Shown: positions 34,071-44,781 of the stretch, piece by piece
Position numbering within the stretch: position 1 is the stretch's first letter
Layout of the letters: each line of letters opens with the position of its first letter
DNA from: a virus
Length of the DNA: 64,000 nt
Virus record (IMG/VR): IMGVR_UViG_3300030060_004277
Coordinates: 27,600 to 91,599 of that record
Direction: 5' to 3' (one strand)
Translations under genes and position numbers: made by a program
The notes under the pieces: model-generated
Databases searched by the model: none
Told to the model about the DNA's origin: nothing
Seen by the model: only the letters and a program-made list of their open reading frames with translations

Positions 34071-35576
34071 CTATGGCACCATCCATGATGGGACTTTGCG
34101 GTCCCCTCTGAACCAGTTGTCGAAACCCGGCATATAATCATCGAGGAGCATTACTGAGCCTTTGAACTCCTTCGACGCCCAATTCGCCAGTGCTATGCTG
34201 ACAGCCAAGTCGTCATGAGTACCCACACTCTCCAACTTGCCGTTCTTATGCATACCGAACCTGTTGAGTTCCTGCATGAGTTGGTCGGTGTACTTCCTGC
34301 TCCTCTCATCTCCGTATGGTAGTTTGACTTGTCCTTGTTCAAACGCAAGGAGAAGCGACATGAACAGTGACTCTTTCTTTGTGCGTGTGGTCATGAAGAC
34401 CCTGATTGGCATGTCAGAGGCTAGTTCCCTCATCTCCTGCTCCAGCATCCTCTGGAAGTTGTTGCCCTCGAGTTCTATCAGGTCAGGCTTGAATCTGTTG
34501 TTGAGCATTACCATCATTCGTTTTTGCGCCATCGAGGACATGCCCCTCTCGTGAACGACGTGGACTATCTCCTTGATATCGCTGTCAGGCTTTATCCTCA
34601 TGACGGTCATGGCTGTGAAGTCAGCGTTCTTGTCGGATGAGATAGCAGGGTCGTGTCCGATGAAATGCTGTCCGAAGACACCATCCGCTTCCCCTTCCTC
34701 GTTATAGAAGGTCTCGGCTCTGTCGAGCAAGACGAGGTTAGTGTCCTTGGCCTTCTCTAAGATGTCCATCGGGAACATACTCGCAACATCGTGAATCGGC
34801 TCGCATAGATACTCACGGCTGAATTGTATGGCAGGCATGGAGAGTCTCCTCTGATTCAGTGATTCTAAGTCCCATCTGCCGGGCCAGAGAGCCTCGCCCT
34901 TCTCATTGATAGCAGGGTAGGTCTCGACTCTGAAGGTCTCCTTCTGCTCCAGTTCCGCGTACAAGTCGTTGTAAGAGAACGGTGTGCCAACCATCATCAG
35001 TTTGCTGCTGTGGTGGAGAACCGGAAGTAAGACACCGTAGAACCAGTCCGCAGTCTTGGCCAACTCGGTGGATGTGGTTCCCCACAGTATATCGTCACAC
35101 ACGACGATGTCGGGGTGGAAACCACGGGTAGCACCGCCGACCGACTTGGCCATCAGACGAGAGCCGTTTGTGAAGTTGAAGTATGACTTGGCCCATCTGT
35201 CACCATCATCCTTGAGATGCCTCAGTATGGGTGTGCCCTCTATGAGGTTCCTGATGAATCGCATGTGCTCTAGCGTCTGCTCTAGGGAGTGTGAGAATAT
35301 CATGATGTGGGTGTTGGGCTTGAAAGCCGCAATCCAGAGGGCGTAGGACATGAAGAAGACGGACTTGCCGTGGTCACGAGACGCCTTGACGCAGTAGTAC
35401 TGGTGATTCGCAAGACCATCGTGCCATGATTTGTGATGGTCGTTGTACATGAACTCGAGCAACTCAGTGAAGAAGTACTCAAACGATTTTTTCGCCATCT
35501 CCCTGTCCATGTTGAGGATGAACTCTTCCATGTTCTCCTTATCGGAAATGATATCACGCTCCTGTGGACTGGTCAT
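34071..35576 (-). CDS. terL: Terminase large subunit
   Basis: Walker A ASRDHGKS, RGFHPDIVVCDD, VGTP, nuclease GHDPA...HDDLAVSIALA. Confidence 0.93.
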   Translation of the reverse strand: MTSPQERDIISDKENMEEFILNMDREMAKKSFEYFFTELLEFMYNDHHKSWHDGLANHQYYCVKASRDHGKSVFFMSYALWIAAFKPNTHIMIFSHSLEQTLEHMRFIRNLIEGTPILRHLKDDGDRWAKSYFNFTNGSRLMAKSVGGATRGFHPDIVVCDDILWGTTSTELAKTADWFYGVLLPVLHHSSKLMMVGTPFSYNDLYAELEQKETFRVETYPAINEKGEALWPGRWDLESLNQRRLSMPAIQFSREYLCEPIHDVASMFPMDILEKAKDTNLVLLDRAETFYNEEGEADGVFGQHFIGHDPAISSDKNADFTAMTVMRIKPDSDIKEIVHVVHERGMSSMAQKRMMVMLNNRFKPDLIELEGNNFQRMLEQEMRELASDMPIRVFMTTRTKKESLFMSLLLAFEQGQVKLPYGDERSRKYTDQLMQELNRFGMHKNGKLESVGTHDDLAVSIALANWASKEFKGSVMLLDDYMPGFDNWFRGDRKVPSWMVP

Positions 35577-36315
35577 TCATCTTGTCCCTTAGTTCCTCAT
35601 TGAGTTTTCTCTGCTCTTCCTCTTTCATCTCTTTCTGTTTCTCTCGCTGTTCTTCCTGCTTCTCCTCTAGTTCCTTTGCTTGTTTTGCAGGGTCGGGAAG
35701 GACATTCTGCAAAGCACCCGCCATATCCTCACTGGCCTTGGGTTGAGGGGTGAACTCACCAAGGCTGCTTTGTCTGGTGTTGTCCGCAGTCATGGGAGGC
35801 GCTGGAGTAGGCGATGCTATGGTCTGTCCTCCCTCCACTCGGGCTGGGAAGAATTCATCCATTGTCGCCTGCCTAGTGCCTTGTGGCGAGCCGAGGTCTC
35901 TGAATGCTCTTTGAGCACCATACTGCGCACCGAATCTGGTTGCCAATGGCCTCAGGAATTGCTGCGCACCATATGCGCTAGATGCCATACCAGCGAGACT
36001 GGGTGCTTGCCCTTGCAAGGAGGCATCGTAGATTGTTTTACCAGCAGAGCCTAGTATTGAGGCGATGAGAGCAGCCCGATTGGCTCTTGATGCCGCTGTT
36101 GTTGCACCTTGTTGGACTGCTTGTTGTGTCTGTTGTGGTAACTGTCTGTCGCCAAGCACACCCATGGCTGCCTGCATACCAGCCTCCTGTGGTGCTATCG
36201 GCTTTTCAGGGGATATGAGTAGACCACCCTGCGGTCCGCCAACAACCGCTTGGGTCTGTAAGGTGTTAGGGATGAAACTTTCATCTTGCTTTCTAAGAAC
36301 GTATACTCTACTCAC
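35554..36315 (-). CDS. Gln/Ala-rich hypothetical (possible internal virion protein)
   Basis: 253 aa; N-terminal VYVLRKQ; C-terminal charged coil. Confidence 0.6.
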   Translation of the reverse strand: MSRVYVLRKQDESFIPNTLQTQAVVGGPQGGLLISPEKPIAPQEAGMQAAMGVLGDRQLPQQTQQAVQQGATTAASRANRAALIASILGSAGKTIYDASLQGQAPSLAGMASSAYGAQQFLRPLATRFGAQYGAQRAFRDLGSPQGTRQATMDEFFPARVEGGQTIASPTPAPPMTADNTRQSSLGEFTPQPKASEDMAGALQNVLPDPAKQAKELEEKQEEQREKQKEMKEEEQRKLNEELRDKMNDQSTGA

Positions 36316-38607
36316 TTACTCGCCTCCAAATGCTGTCTTGACGACCTTGACGACCTTGTCGCTGTATCCGTACTTCTTGCTGATTCTGGTCCAGTCCCCC
36401 TTCGTGAAGACTATCGTGCGAACGTCGATTGGTGCTATGTCCATCTTGTGTGCCATCGTGGATATGTCAGAATTGGACTCCACGCTCATCTTTCTCTTCG
36501 GCAGGAACTTGAGGACGTCCGTGTCCTTCTTGGCATCCTCTATCTGCATCTGCTCGACGGCTTTCATCAGCCTGTCTTTCGCCACCTCTGGGCTGTCTGC
36601 TGACTTCATGTAGTCAGTGAGGAAGGTCTGGTACGGGTCGGAGATTGTCTGCTGGAACTGCTGCAACTGCTGTGGGCTGATTTGCGCTCCGGGTCTGATG
36701 CTACCGACGTCCCTCATGGTCTGCTCGACCTGCGCGGGGCTGGCTTGCGCAAAAGCCTGTCTCCTCTGTTGGAATGGTGTGAGCCTCGGGTCTACTGGGG
36801 TGGGTGATGCGACCGCCATTGGTGGTTGCGAGACAGGTGGTGGACCCCTCGGGGTTGCAGCCGGTGGGGGTCCTTGAGGTGCTCCTGCTACTGTTGGGGA
36901 TGTCTGGACCGGTTGTGCCGTAGCAGCAGGGGCTGCTCTCGATACCGAGCGGATGTGGTCAGGCACACCCATCAGGCTCTGGTCCGCCATGAAGCCGCCG
37001 ACGAGTTGGTTCGACACGACTGGCGCTAGATTGTCTATCTCCTCCTGTGATGGGTTTGCCCTCCTCGGTGTATGGCCTCTGGATATGGAGTTCATGTGAG
37101 CGAGGTACTCTATCACCCTCCTGACACTATCCACGTCACCCATCGCTTCTTCTGATGTGTTAAGTGAAAGATTAGCCTGCTCTATCTCCTCAGGCGAGAG
37201 AGCATCGTACCTGAAATTGGAATTAGCATCCGTCTCCTTGCCGACCTCTCTGGTTCCGGACATGAGCATCTTAGCCTTGATTCTAGCCGCTTGCTTCTGC
37301 GTACCTAGAGTCCTCTTTCGCCCAGTGCGCTCGTCGACAGTGCCATACACAGGTGCCCCATATCCTACGTTTTGCAGGAAGTCCTCTATCTTCTTGTCCG
37401 CCTGCTCGCCGTACCTATCCGCATAGACATCGTGAATCTGCTGGGTTATGTTTCCTTTGCGATTGGTTCTTCCGAACAACGCATGGAATGCTGGGTACTT
37501 TGCGAGTTCACCGAACAGTTCCATTCTCTCCTTGTCGTTGGAGAGGCGATATGCCAAAGGTACGCCTTTGTACTCCTCCTTGAGGTCAGTCAGTTTCATG
37601 CTCTGCTTGATTTCAGTGCCGAACTTGCTGGTATCGAGACCGAGTACGTGCTTGATGTGGTCGTTGGCTGATGAGACTATGCCTGCGCTTCCGGCTGAAC
37701 GAGTCCTTGGTAGGAAGTAGGTGTCTGGTAGATGATGTAGGATGTCCCAAGAGTACAGGTCTTTGAATGCCTTTTCATTGATTCCCATCGCATCAAAGTT
37801 CTGCGTGGATGACTGAGGCAGCCTGTCACTCCCTTGTAGATGACCAGATGGAATGTGATAAGCGCCTGACATCATGGAGTTGTCCTGCGGATTCAGGATG
37901 AAGTGCAGGTTCTCAGGCCTGATGTACGGCTTGCCAACGAAACTGAAGTCCTGTCTCGGGTTCTCGAAGCCAGCCTCCTTCATCGCCTCTTCCAACTGGT
38001 TGTGGAAGGGTATGGAGTATGACTCTAGGAATGTGCCGTATTTGTGATTCTGGCCGTGGCTGTTGGTCGTGGTGGTGATGAGCCTTCCCTCTGGTCCGTA
38101 GTTGCCCCTGTTCATGACGTCTCTCTGGTACGGACCGACGACGAGTTTTCTCCACATCATGCTGTCAGCGTCCGGTAGGTGGTTCTTCTCATCCGGATGT
38201 GCGGTGTTGTATCTGTCTATGGCACTCTGAACTATCTGCTTGGGGTCACCCCGCATTCCGTTTCTGACCATCGCCTCTCCGATTCTCCGGATGACACCGT
38301 CGACACCGTGAAGATGCTCACCGCCAGATTCGTCCTTGTAGACTATCTCACCGTGATTTCCTCTGACGAAACCGCCCGGAATCACCTTTCCGACACCGGG
38401 TATCCCAGTCTCCTGCTCACCGTGCGCACCCGTATGGGCGAATGCTGGCACGTCTGGTTGGTTCGGGTCGTCATTGTGAGCATCAGCAGGTGGGTATCTC
38501 TGGATGTGGTAACCACCACCGAAGAGGGCGAAGTTGCCGTCTCCCTTGATGAGCAGGTCACCCATCTTCCTGATTACGTAGGACTTTCGGATGACTCCTA
38601 CTCTCAA
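36316..38607 (-). CDS. 763-aa hypothetical (possible internal/ejection protein)
   Basis: Long ORF; N-terminal VIRKS/YVIRKM/LLIKG; Pro/Gln linker; helical C-terminal domain. Confidence 0.7.
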   Translation of the reverse strand: MRVGVIRKSYVIRKMGDLLIKGDGNFALFGGGYHIQRYPPADAHNDDPNQPDVPAFAHTGAHGEQETGIPGVGKVIPGGFVRGNHGEIVYKDESGGEHLHGVDGVIRRIGEAMVRNGMRGDPKQIVQSAIDRYNTAHPDEKNHLPDADSMMWRKLVVGPYQRDVMNRGNYGPEGRLITTTTNSHGQNHKYGTFLESYSIPFHNQLEEAMKEAGFENPRQDFSFVGKPYIRPENLHFILNPQDNSMMSGAYHIPSGHLQGSDRLPQSSTQNFDAMGINEKAFKDLYSWDILHHLPDTYFLPRTRSAGSAGIVSSANDHIKHVLGLDTSKFGTEIKQSMKLTDLKEEYKGVPLAYRLSNDKERMELFGELAKYPAFHALFGRTNRKGNITQQIHDVYADRYGEQADKKIEDFLQNVGYGAPVYGTVDERTGRKRTLGTQKQAARIKAKMLMSGTREVGKETDANSNFRYDALSPEEIEQANLSLNTSEEAMGDVDSVRRVIEYLAHMNSISRGHTPRRANPSQEEIDNLAPVVSNQLVGGFMADQSLMGVPDHIRSVSRAAPAATAQPVQTSPTVAGAPQGPPPAATPRGPPPVSQPPMAVASPTPVDPRLTPFQQRRQAFAQASPAQVEQTMRDVGSIRPGAQISPQQLQQFQQTISDPYQTFLTDYMKSADSPEVAKDRLMKAVEQMQIEDAKKDTDVLKFLPKRKMSVESNSDISTMAHKMDIAPIDVRTIVFTKGDWTRISKKYGYSDKVVKVVKTAFGGE

Positions 38608-40463
38608 GGCGTTCGTCCTCCCCTACTGGTGTAAACTCCAATGGGGTCCATGCCGAACGTGCGCGGTTCGTTGTTCGCGTCTTCGGTAGCACCCTCTGGT
38701 CGAGTGGTCTGCTTTGGACCATTCTCTGGGTTCTTTGGAAGATTCGAGCCAGCGCCTGCTGTGTCTTTAGTGCCCATTCCCTTCTTCTTGCTCTCCTTCT
38801 GCCTGATTGCTCTCTTAGTATCAGCGAGGAGTTGCCTGAGTTCTATGATATCGTATCGAGTAAGTTTCTTCTGTATCTCGCTACCCTCACCTATGGGTCC
38901 GGTCATCACGCCTTGGACCGATGAAGATGGTAGCCTGCCGGGTCTCATCATGGGTGGTGCGGCCATCTGCTGTACACCGACACCTGCTGTTGGCATCGGC
39001 GCGGGCGGGGCACCCGGCATGGGTGGTGGAGTTGGCATTGTTGGTCTCGGTGGCATGGTGGGAGGCATTATCGGTGGTATCCTGTGTGGCTTGAGAGCAG
39101 GTCTTCTAGGTCTTTGCACACCTTGTAGTCTACCCCCACCAGTCGGACCGGCAGTATATGAGCGAGTACCGAACCTTGCTGGAGTCGATGCCACTGTTCT
39201 GACACCACCTAGTCTCTTTCTGCTCTCCTGCTGACCCATGTATTGCCTGTACTTCTGAGGGTCCTTCGACGTGGGCTGCTTGGTCTGCACACCACGGTGT
39301 GACATTTCGACTGCTAGGTGAGAGCGACCAAGACCTGTCTTCTGGCCGCTCTTTATTCCCCTGCTTCTCGCTTTTGCCCTTCTGGAAGTGGCGGATGCTG
39401 GATTGACGCCACCGGGTGGCATCTTGAATTGACCAGTCGAAGGACGGAATTTTTTGCCTCTTTCCTTCTTCTCCTTCTTCTCCTTGCTCTTGTCGCTTTT
39501 ATCCTTTTTAGGTTCGGGGTTTTTGTCTGGCACGAAGCCTTGAGCCTCTTCCTTGAGTATCTGGAATGCGATTTTCATCGACTCTCCGGTTTGAACTCTG
39601 TTGCCTTGCATAGTCAGGTACTTTTCTCGCTCCTCCGGTGGTATGTCGATTGAGCCGGGTTTGTCCATTGTGGGATGTATGTTCTGCTCCATATCGCGTA
39701 TCTGACTCATGATTCTCTCACGCTGCTCATCGGATACTTTTCTCTTGTCGGGTAATTCAGGTGGCATGTTTGGACTCATGTCCATCCTAGTGTCTCCGGG
39801 TATCATCGGCTTTCCATACGGCATGGTCGGGTCACCGATGACTGGCTCTTCCGGGGCTACCGGTAGGTCATTAGGGTTGAATGGTACTGGTTTTGCTTGC
39901 TGTTGCTCCGTAGTGGCACTGATGTTCCGTGGCTTTGGTGCTGGTCTCTGCTGCCTGACCTTGCCGAATCTCATTGTTCTAGGAGGCGCTCTGCTGCTTT
40001 TTCCCCCACCGCCTCTTCTTGGGGCTGCTTTGAGAATATCAGACCAAGCCTCTTCCATCGGCTCTCCCATGGCAACCATCTCCCCACCAGCGGCACCGGG
40101 ACCTCTGGCTTGGTTCGCTAGACTCGTTAGGAAGCCGAGATTGCCGGGTGGACCGGTCTGTGCGGATATCTCTCGCTCTTGGTCTCTCTTGTCGGCATCA
40201 TCCTCGCCTTCCTCCTCCTCATCCTTGAAACCCTCTAGGTCGCTTGCTCTGACCTTGATGTGCTTGACTTTGCTCATGAGACGCCTTCGGGCTCTGTCCT
40301 TCTCCCTCTTTTTATCCATCTTGGCATCTTTGTTCTTGCCATCCTCAGCACCGTGGCGGTCCTCCTCGTTGTTGTTGACGTACATGTGCGAGGATTCGCT
40401 TCGTGGATTGTAGATTCTGGTATCGCTACCAGTGCCCATGCCGCCTGTTCCCTGTGGCATCAA
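38604..40463 (-). CDS. 619-aa low-complexity Pro/Arg/Lys-rich protein
   Basis: Long ORF; contains GEPMEEAWSDILKA and GESMKIAFQILKE. Confidence 0.7.
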   Translation of the reverse strand: MMPQGTGGMGTGSDTRIYNPRSESSHMYVNNNEEDRHGAEDGKNKDAKMDKKREKDRARRRLMSKVKHIKVRASDLEGFKDEEEEGEDDADKRDQEREISAQTGPPGNLGFLTSLANQARGPGAAGGEMVAMGEPMEEAWSDILKAAPRRGGGGKSSRAPPRTMRFGKVRQQRPAPKPRNISATTEQQQAKPVPFNPNDLPVAPEEPVIGDPTMPYGKPMIPGDTRMDMSPNMPPELPDKRKVSDEQRERIMSQIRDMEQNIHPTMDKPGSIDIPPEEREKYLTMQGNRVQTGESMKIAFQILKEEAQGFVPDKNPEPKKDKSDKSKEKKEKKERGKKFRPSTGQFKMPPGGVNPASATSRRAKARSRGIKSGQKTGLGRSHLAVEMSHRGVQTKQPTSKDPQKYRQYMGQQESRKRLGGVRTVASTPARFGTRSYTAGPTGGGRLQGVQRPRRPALKPHRIPPIMPPTMPPRPTMPTPPPMPGAPPAPMPTAGVGVQQMAAPPMMRPGRLPSSSVQGVMTGPIGEGSEIQKKLTRYDIIELRQLLADTKRAIRQKESKKKGMGTKDTAGAGSNLPKNPENGPKQTTRPEGATEDANNEPRTFGMDPIGVYTSRGGRTP

Positions 40464-40912
40464 GCATCAACTCCAGCGTATTTCAAGCAGTAATCGAAGG
40501 TCTTGTGCCCTAGTCTCATGTAGAAGTCAGCGGCGACTGACTCGTTGATTATGCAACTAGCCATATCCTCGCACAGGTCTCTGAACTTAGTTGCTGATTC
40601 CTTGATTTCCTGCCTGAGAGGGAGTATCTCGCTTGGCTCATCTGTCTCAGACATCCTGTCGAGAGCCGCAAGCACATCAGTGAGACACATCATAGTGATG
40701 TGCTCATGATTCCTATTGGCATAGAACTTGAACCTTTTACACACGATGACGCAGTATTCCATGAAGAGAGGGAGTTCATCATACACGTCGATGTTATCAG
40801 TTTGAAGTAAACGAAAACCCGGATGGGAGACCTGCATGAGGTCTATGGTTCTGACCATCATTGCTTCATACCCTCCACTTGCTCCTGCAATTGCGCTTTG
40901 ATTCTCTTCCAA
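40460..40912 (-). CDS. Hypothetical helical protein
   Basis: 150 aa (probably starts MMVRT at ~40861); coupled to neighbours. Confidence 0.6.
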   Translation of the reverse strand: MEENQSAIAGASGGYEAMMVRTIDLMQVSHPGFRLLQTDNIDVYDELPLFMEYCVIVCKRFKFYANRNHEHITMMCLTDVLAALDRMSETDEPSEILPLRQEIKESATKFRDLCEDMASCIINESVAADFYMRLGHKTFDYCLKYAGVDA

Positions 40913-41577
40913 CTCTCCGGACTCTCCTTTGCTAGTTCCACTTTAAGGATATTAATTGTGTTATTGACCTGAGCACCCTCACTGGTGGTACCCCATGTGG
41001 TCTGTAGCCTGACTAGGTCTTTCAATGACTCTCTCACTTCCTTGTGTAGTGAGACTGCGTTTCTGATGAAACCCTCCTCGTGCACGGATGACTCGCTCAT
41101 GAGTTCGTCAAATTTCGAGTTCAGCCTTTCGAGATTGCTTCTCATGACGTTTGCTTCTTGTCCTACTGTGATTGCTACCTCAGTCGCTGCTGATTTCTGC
41201 ACTAGGGGCTGGAAGTGGAACTTCATGTGGTGGTGAACTGACTCCTCTTTGATGCCTAGTTCCTCTGCGATTAGTTCTGATTCCGCTCCATTGGAGAAGA
41301 ATCTGTGCTCGAAAGAGGCACGATTGGTATGAGTGCACAGGACACATGATGGATTAGACGCCATGTGATACTGACCCATGTGATTTCTGAAGTGCCGGTC
41401 TGCTGTATTGGCTCTCCAACCCATCTCCTTGTCTATCCTCATGCAGGTTGTTTCACCGTTCTTGAGAGATTCCTCTAACTCATCTCTCTGCTCGCTTGTG
41501 CAGAAGGGACACGACCGTTTTACGACTGGCTTGCGCTCAACCACGATGGTGCCGTATAGGGAGGCGGCAATTAACAT
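40858..41577 (-). CDS. Terminase small subunit candidate with tandem CxxC-HTH-HxxxH units
   Basis: CPFC...RHFRNH and CVLCTH...IAEELGI...HHHMKFH, followed by coiled coil and NNTINIL; upstream of TerL. Confidence 0.55.
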   Translation of the reverse strand: MLIAASLYGTIVVERKPVVKRSCPFCTSEQRDELEESLKNGETTCMRIDKEMGWRANTADRHFRNHMGQYHMASNPSCVLCTHTNRASFEHRFFSNGAESELIAEELGIKEESVHHHMKFHFQPLVQKSAATEVAITVGQEANVMRSNLERLNSKFDELMSESSVHEEGFIRNAVSLHKEVRESLKDLVRLQTTWGTTSEGAQVNNTINILKVELAKESPESWKRIKAQLQEQVEGMKQ

Positions 41578-41584
41578 TGCCTAA

Positions 41585-41836
41585 TTAGAACCGCGTAATC
41601 CTATGGTATACTGACGTCAAGAGAAAAAGAGAGAGAAATACCCCTACTACCATCATGGTCATCTCCGACTGGTTGATTTCATTTGCCTTGAACAGGAGTA
41701 TGCCGACGAATATCACTATGGCGCTGATGAGTTGAACCATCACCATATCGACTATGACGCTTCTCTTGGGAGCGAGCATCTGCATCGACATGTCTGCGAA
41801 CTGCCTTGGTATTGGTATCGCACCGCCGTTCATCAT
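41585..41836 (-). CDS. Small two-TM membrane protein
   Basis: MVMVQLISAIVIFVGILLF and MMVVGVFLSLFLLTSVY. Confidence 0.75.
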   Translation of the reverse strand: MMNGGAIPIPRQFADMSMQMLAPKRSVIVDMVMVQLISAIVIFVGILLFKANEINQSEMTMMVVGVFLSLFLLTSVYHRITRF

Positions 41837-42510
41837 TATGCCCTACCTCCGAACATTAGGTTCCTCATGAACGAGCCACCCGCCTCAGCAGCGCCTTGCA
41901 TCATACCGGGGTCAGCCATAGCAGTTTGAAGTGCCCCTTGCAACATGCTTGACTCGGCTCTCTGCATAGTCTGCATCCTTAGTGTGTCAGCGTTGCTGAC
42001 TGCACCATTGACGTCATTCTGTAGACCGCTCATCTGAGCCATGATATTCTCAGGACTCATGGTCTGGAGTTGGGTTGGTAGCGATGTTGGGTCCAGTTTG
42101 AAGACGCCTAGTTCATCATCGAAGTTGAAGGATGCCTCTTTCAAGACGTTCAGGATTGAGAAGGTCATCATCTGTCCGAGTATATCTAAAACCAGATTGA
42201 AAGTGTTGCTCTGGACGAACCTCTCCACTGGCAACTGTGTGTTGAGCATGGTAACTAGAATCTCAGTCTCACTGGGTGGCATCATGCCATTCTGTGCGTA
42301 TTGCGGGTCCATACCAGTAGCACTACCTAGGAACGCTGACATTAGATTGGGTTGCTGTTGTTGCGCGTACCAGTTGTTTGCTGGTGCTGAGTATCCATTA
42401 CCCATCATGGAATTACCCATACTAGCACCCATACCCATCGGGGCACCGGTCATTGATAGATTGAGGGCATTACCACCAGTTGATGGCTGTTGATTACCAT
42501 AGCCCATCAT
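41836..42510 (-). CDS. Met/Gly/Gln-rich hypothetical protein
   Basis: 224 aa, low-complexity N-terminus, amphipathic C-terminus. Confidence 0.7.
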   Translation of the reverse strand: MMGYGNQQPSTGGNALNLSMTGAPMGMGASMGNSMMGNGYSAPANNWYAQQQQPNLMSAFLGSATGMDPQYAQNGMMPPSETEILVTMLNTQLPVERFVQSNTFNLVLDILGQMMTFSILNVLKEASFNFDDELGVFKLDPTSLPTQLQTMSPENIMAQMSGLQNDVNGAVSNADTLRMQTMQRAESSMLQGALQTAMADPGMMQGAAEAGGSFMRNLMFGGRA

Positions 42511-43518
42511 CTACTGCACACCCTCCGCTGTTTGATTGGGAGTGGGGGTGCTCACTTGAGTCTGTTGGTTGACTAGGGCTTGTGGTGGTGTCTGCTGCAT
42601 TTGCGCTGCTTGCTGCATCAAAACCTCTTGGAAGGCTTGAGTCGGTGTCTTCATGTCGAGTAGTTCCTTCTGGAACATCCTGTTATCGAAAGTGATGACC
42701 GTGAGGTCGTTCTCCTCGGTCTCTGGATTCGCGTAGAACTGGACACTTATGCCCTTGCTCCTTCTGGAATCCGCCATAATCTCAGCGAAGAAGGGTTCGT
42801 ACTTGTCTACCAAAGGATGTTGTGGTCCGGTGTCTGTACCAGCGAGAGTTGCTACCGGGACTGAAACTAGACTGACTCCCTTTCGCATCTTGTCTCTGAA
42901 TCGACTGGGTTTCATCTCTGCCTCCGCTTCCTCTTGTTCCTCCCATTTCCTAAGTAGGTGATACAAGTGCAGATGCTCTGGGCAGTATGTCCCTCTCATC
43001 TTTCGACCGCTAGTCACGCCTTCCCTTGCTACGAATGCCTCTGCTTCTCCTGTGATTGGGTTTTGCCAGTAGAGTTCCCACAGCGACTTGCCTGTCTCAT
43101 CATCGCAGATTTTGGCGTATAGATTATCATGTTGTATCAGGTCTTTGACATTGCAACCGTCTATCACGCATGTTCCTGTGTCCTTAGAATACCTATAGGG
43201 ACTAAGCCTCAACCATCTTCTAGGGTCTAATATTGACCTTTTTGTCGGTTTTAGTAGTCTGTAAGCCTGCTTGATGTCCTGCCTTCTGGCTTTTCTGGGG
43301 TCAGGATGCCTTGAAGGGTAGAAATTGACTTTTGGTACCTCGATGTTCTTCTCCATGGCAACTTTCTGCATTTGCTGTTGTGCAGCCTGTTGCTCTAGTA
43401 ATGCACCGTGCGTGAATTGTGGATTGCCTTGTTGCGCCATGGCCATCAAAGCGGCCTCGTTCATCTGCCCAATGCTCTGTTGATTGTTCACGTAGAATGG
43501 ATTTAAGTTGTTCATCAC
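42511..43518 (-). CDS. Gln-rich protein with putative metal-binding core
   Basis: 335 aa; CVIDGC...YCPEHLH; Q-rich termini. Confidence 0.7.
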   Translation of the reverse strand: MMNNLNPFYVNNQQSIGQMNEAALMAMAQQGNPQFTHGALLEQQAAQQQMQKVAMEKNIEVPKVNFYPSRHPDPRKARRQDIKQAYRLLKPTKRSILDPRRWLRLSPYRYSKDTGTCVIDGCNVKDLIQHDNLYAKICDDETGKSLWELYWQNPITGEAEAFVAREGVTSGRKMRGTYCPEHLHLYHLLRKWEEQEEAEAEMKPSRFRDKMRKGVSLVSVPVATLAGTDTGPQHPLVDKYEPFFAEIMADSRRSKGISVQFYANPETEENDLTVITFDNRMFQKELLDMKTPTQAFQEVLMQQAAQMQQTPPQALVNQQTQVSTPTPNQTAEGVQ

Positions 43519-43521
43519 CGC

Positions 43522-43743
43522 TTACTCCCCCTTACCCTCCGGACATACACGAATTATCATGGTTTCTCCCTCAACCCTCAATTCCCACTCTATTTTGTCT
43601 CCAGTGGACAAGTCGAACTGCTTTACTATCCAAGAAGGGACAGTAGTACGTAGAGAACCAGTGCCTGTGGAAGTCAAAGAAGTCCTTGTGACACTCCTAC
43701 CCATGCCACTCCGAGTGGGCCACACACCAAAAAGGTCACTCAT
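43522..43743 (-). CDS. AbrB/SpoVT-like DNA-binding protein
   Basis: GSLRTTVPSWIVKQFDLSTGDKIEW swapped-hairpin pattern. Confidence 0.75.
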   Translation of the reverse strand: MSDLFGVWPTRSGMGRSVTRTSLTSTGTGSLRTTVPSWIVKQFDLSTGDKIEWELRVEGETMIIRVCPEGKGE

Positions 43744-43753
43744 GAGGTCACTT

Positions 43754-44470
43754 TCAATAGTTCATCATGTCGAATAGTGTTTGTTCGACGTTCCAGCCTA
43801 TTCTAGTGGCCATAAAAGCACGTCTAGTGGGAACCCCCGCTTTCTGTAAGCGAATCAAATCATCTCTGAACGGGTCGAAAATTTTGTGCTCGCCTATTCT
43901 CCCTTGTTGCCAGAGCACTGCTGCCTTGTCATCGAAGAACCTATCAGCCTTATTCGCCACTAGCAACAGTTGCTTTGGTGCGTACTTCTTTCCCTTCCAC
44001 CAACTCTTGACGTTTCTGTATCTGTAGTTGCGAAAGAGTATAGCATCGACTAGATACTTGAATCCAGCAACCTGCTGAAGAGCATCGTCACCACCCTTGA
44101 AGGCGCGGTCATCGAACATGAAGATAATGAACTCGCATTGCCTCGCTACCATGTCATCCACCCAAAGGTTCCAGAATCTGTCCTCACCACCTATGTCAGA
44201 GGAATGAACGACTCTTCTCTCACCCTGCCAACGTAGTCTTTTGCGAGTTGGTTTGGGCAGAATGTATCGAGTGAGGAGTTTGAAGTGGTTTGTCCTCTCC
44301 TCGAGAGGAATCTCTTCCATCTCACCGGGGGTGGTCATGTACCTGTCGAGAGTGGTCTTGCCGACCATTGATGCCCCGTAGATACCGACACGTCTGGATT
44401 TCCAGTTATTGTATATCTGCTGGCCCCAAAGCGCTGCGCCAACTAATGCACTCCCTGCCATCGCCGCCAC
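43754..44470 (-). CDS. Arf/Sar1-like small GTPase
   Basis: G1 GASMVGKT, G3 DIGGE followed by RFWNLW, FIIFMFD, G4 LVANKAD, G5-like MAT...NVEQTLF; N-terminal hydrophobic/amphipathic helix. Confidence 0.85.
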   Translation of the reverse strand: MAAMAGSALVGAALWGQQIYNNWKSRRVGIYGASMVGKTTLDRYMTTPGEMEEIPLEERTNHFKLLTRYILPKPTRKRLRWQGERRVVHSSDIGGEDRFWNLWVDDMVARQCEFIIFMFDDRAFKGGDDALQQVAGFKYLVDAILFRNYRYRNVKSWWKGKKYAPKQLLLVANKADRFFDDKAAVLWQQGRIGEHKIFDPFRDDLIRLQKAGVPTRRAFMATRIGWNVEQTLFDMMNY

Positions 44471-44481
44471 GGGCTATCACC

Positions 44482-44781
44482 TCAGGACACTAAGCCAACT
44501 AACCAGTTTGCAAATCTCTGGACCTGCTCAAGACCCCAGTTCACAGTCAACTCCCAAAGGCTGATGTCAGTCCAGTAGTACTCTGCGGCTGAGATGCCTA
44601 GCATACCAGCAGCAGTGAAAAGAAGAGTTCGTACCCATCCTATACCCCACTCATAGGTATTATCGACCGTATTCGCCATGTGCATGGCTCTGAGAGTCTC
44701 CTCTACGGAATCATCAGCGACGTTTCTAAACAGTCTGGGGCCTTTTATTCCGGGTATTCCGAGTATTCCGGGTAGCGGCAT
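44482..44781 (-). CDS. Small membrane protein
   Basis: GIGWVRTLLFTAAGMLGISAAEYYW TM plus amphipathic C-terminus. Confidence 0.7.
   Translation of the reverse strand: MPLPGILGIPGIKGPRLFRNVADDSVEETLRAMHMANTVDNTYEWGIGWVRTLLFTAAGMLGISAAEYYWTDISLWELTVNWGLEQVQRFANWLVGLVS

Noticed and set aside
41585-41836. Calling the 2-TM protein a holin
   Set aside because: Topology fits but there is no adjacent endolysin or family motif; kept as part of the GTPase-membrane operon hypothesis
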